A stretch of DNA of 62,701 bases, the filler included. It is 5 parts of 5 records of this genome, joined end to end, with 100 filler letters (N's around TTAATTAATTAA, not from the genome) between each part and the next. Parts side by side here need not be neighbours in the genome. Positions count along the whole stretch, not along the records: positions 57,608 to 62,701 come from SRR20825010_1506; 4 more parts are not named here. One strand, given 5' to 3'. Of this stretch, positions 62,007-62,701 are shown piece after piece (within the stretch, counting starts at the first letter, position 1; each line of letters opens with the position of its first letter). The position numbers were made by a program, and so were the translations under genes. The notes under the pieces were generated by a model, which was not told the origin of the DNA, searched no databases, and saw only the letters and a program-made list of their open reading frames with translations.

Positions 62007-62701
62007 TCAACCATCCTCAAGATGAAGCAGACTGGCACAACCGAGCAGCGCGGTCACGGTTGCCGGTGTCCAGGCGGCAAGTACTTCCGGAATCCGGGCG
62101 GACAATCCCAGAGCGAAAACGAGATCGGAAGCGAAATAAAGAAAAAATCCGGTAAACAGGCCCGCGCTGACCCAGACCATGGTGCCCCCGCGCCGGGTCA
62201 GGCGGAGAGAGAAGGTGGCCGCAATCAACACCATTGCGCAGAGCAGCAATGGCGAGGCGAGCAGGGCATGCCAGTAGAGCCGGTGCCGGACTGCGGAAAA
62301 GCCGGCACTCTCCAGAATGGAGATGAATTTAGGCAGCTCCCAAAAGGACATGGTCTCCGGCGGTGAGAAGCTGTCCTGAATATTGTCGAGCGTGAGAGCG
62401 GTTGGCAGGCGATAAACGGGACGGGTTTCCGGAACGGCATTCTTGGTGGTCAGAATGACGTTGTTCATCTGCCAGAAACCGGATTGCAGCGTTGCTTCCG
62501 CGGCATCGACCCTGGCGTTGAAATTGTCCTCTCCCAGGAAGAACAGCACGGTCAGGCCGGAGAGGCTGGCTCCGTCCGAGGCAACGCCGGTGGCATGCAG
62601 GACAAAATGCCCTGTGCTGGTCTGTTCCCGGAGCCAGAGGCCGCCATCGGTCAGCGACAGGAAGTTGCCCTTGTCCCGCAGAATTTTGTTTTCGAGAGCC
62701 T
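62007..62701 (-). CDS. lptG: LPS export permease LptG (5' end beyond the window)
   Basis: Frame stays open upstream (..GGLWLREQ..); PETMSFWELP and LAAWTP; upstream of lptD. Confidence 0.88.
   Translation of the reverse strand, partial: ALENKILRDKGNFLSLTDGGLWLREQTSTGHFVLHATGVASDGASLSGLTVLFFLGEDNFNARVDAAEATLQSGFWQMNNVILTTKNAVPETRPVYRLPTALTLDNIQDSFSPPETMSFWELPKFISILESAGFSAVRHRLYWHALLASPLLLCAMVLIAATFSLRLTRRGGTMVWVSAGLFTGFFLYFASDLVFALGLSARIPEVLAAWTPATVTALLGCASLLHLEDG

Noticed and set aside
57788-62366. Many long plus-strand ORFs (for example 57788-58450, 58765-59400, 60894-61490)
   Set aside because: Antisense shadows of well-supported genes, expected in GC-rich DNA
57608-62701. GC-rich segment as a horizontally acquired island
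   Set aside because: It is a separate contig carrying the core lptG-lptD-surA-pdxA order

Overview
This window is not one locus. It is five unrelated contigs joined by 100-nt N spacers that each carry a TTAATTAATTAA linker (16266-16365, 33322-33421, 46518-46617, 57508-57607). Taxonomic labels below are inferred from gene content and composition. (1) 1-16265, AT-rich, Flavobacteriaceae-like: a pectin/galacturonate utilisation locus (uxaB, uxaA, LacI regulator with two operators, SusC/SusD, DUF4861, GH105, CE8, CE12), then a TPR gene and the 3' end of gyrA. (2) 16366-33321, another Bacteroidota: a CxxCH lipoprotein, histidine kinase, GT4, a rhodanese/desaturase operon, an ECF sigma with a putative dual-membrane-spanning anti-sigma, two T9SS cargo proteins, glyQS and dusB. 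(3) 33422-46517, Cytophagales-like: fcl, a WcaJ-type transferase, exosortase plus partner, dGTPase, MMPL, ileS, lspA and EamA. (4) 46618-57507, Flavobacteriaceae-like: pepT, pyrD, HMG-CoA lyase, an esterase-cupin fusion, a porin/FMN-binding/membrane protein cluster with Fur-like boxes, and guaB. (5) 57608-62701, GC-rich alphaproteobacterial lptG-lptD-surA-pdxA. The best new signal is an ECF-type promoter, ATGCAGCGTTT..GTATC with exact 16-nt spacing, found three times in contig 2. Two copies precede the sigma gene and a T9SS cargo gene. The third precedes an ORF-less ~70-nt unit bounded by terminators, a candidate sigma-dependent sRNA with plausible local targets. Other candidates are a possible iron-regulated flavinylated redox/uptake module, a 39-aa small ORF and a probable CTG start codon. 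All calls come from reading the sequence; no searches were run.
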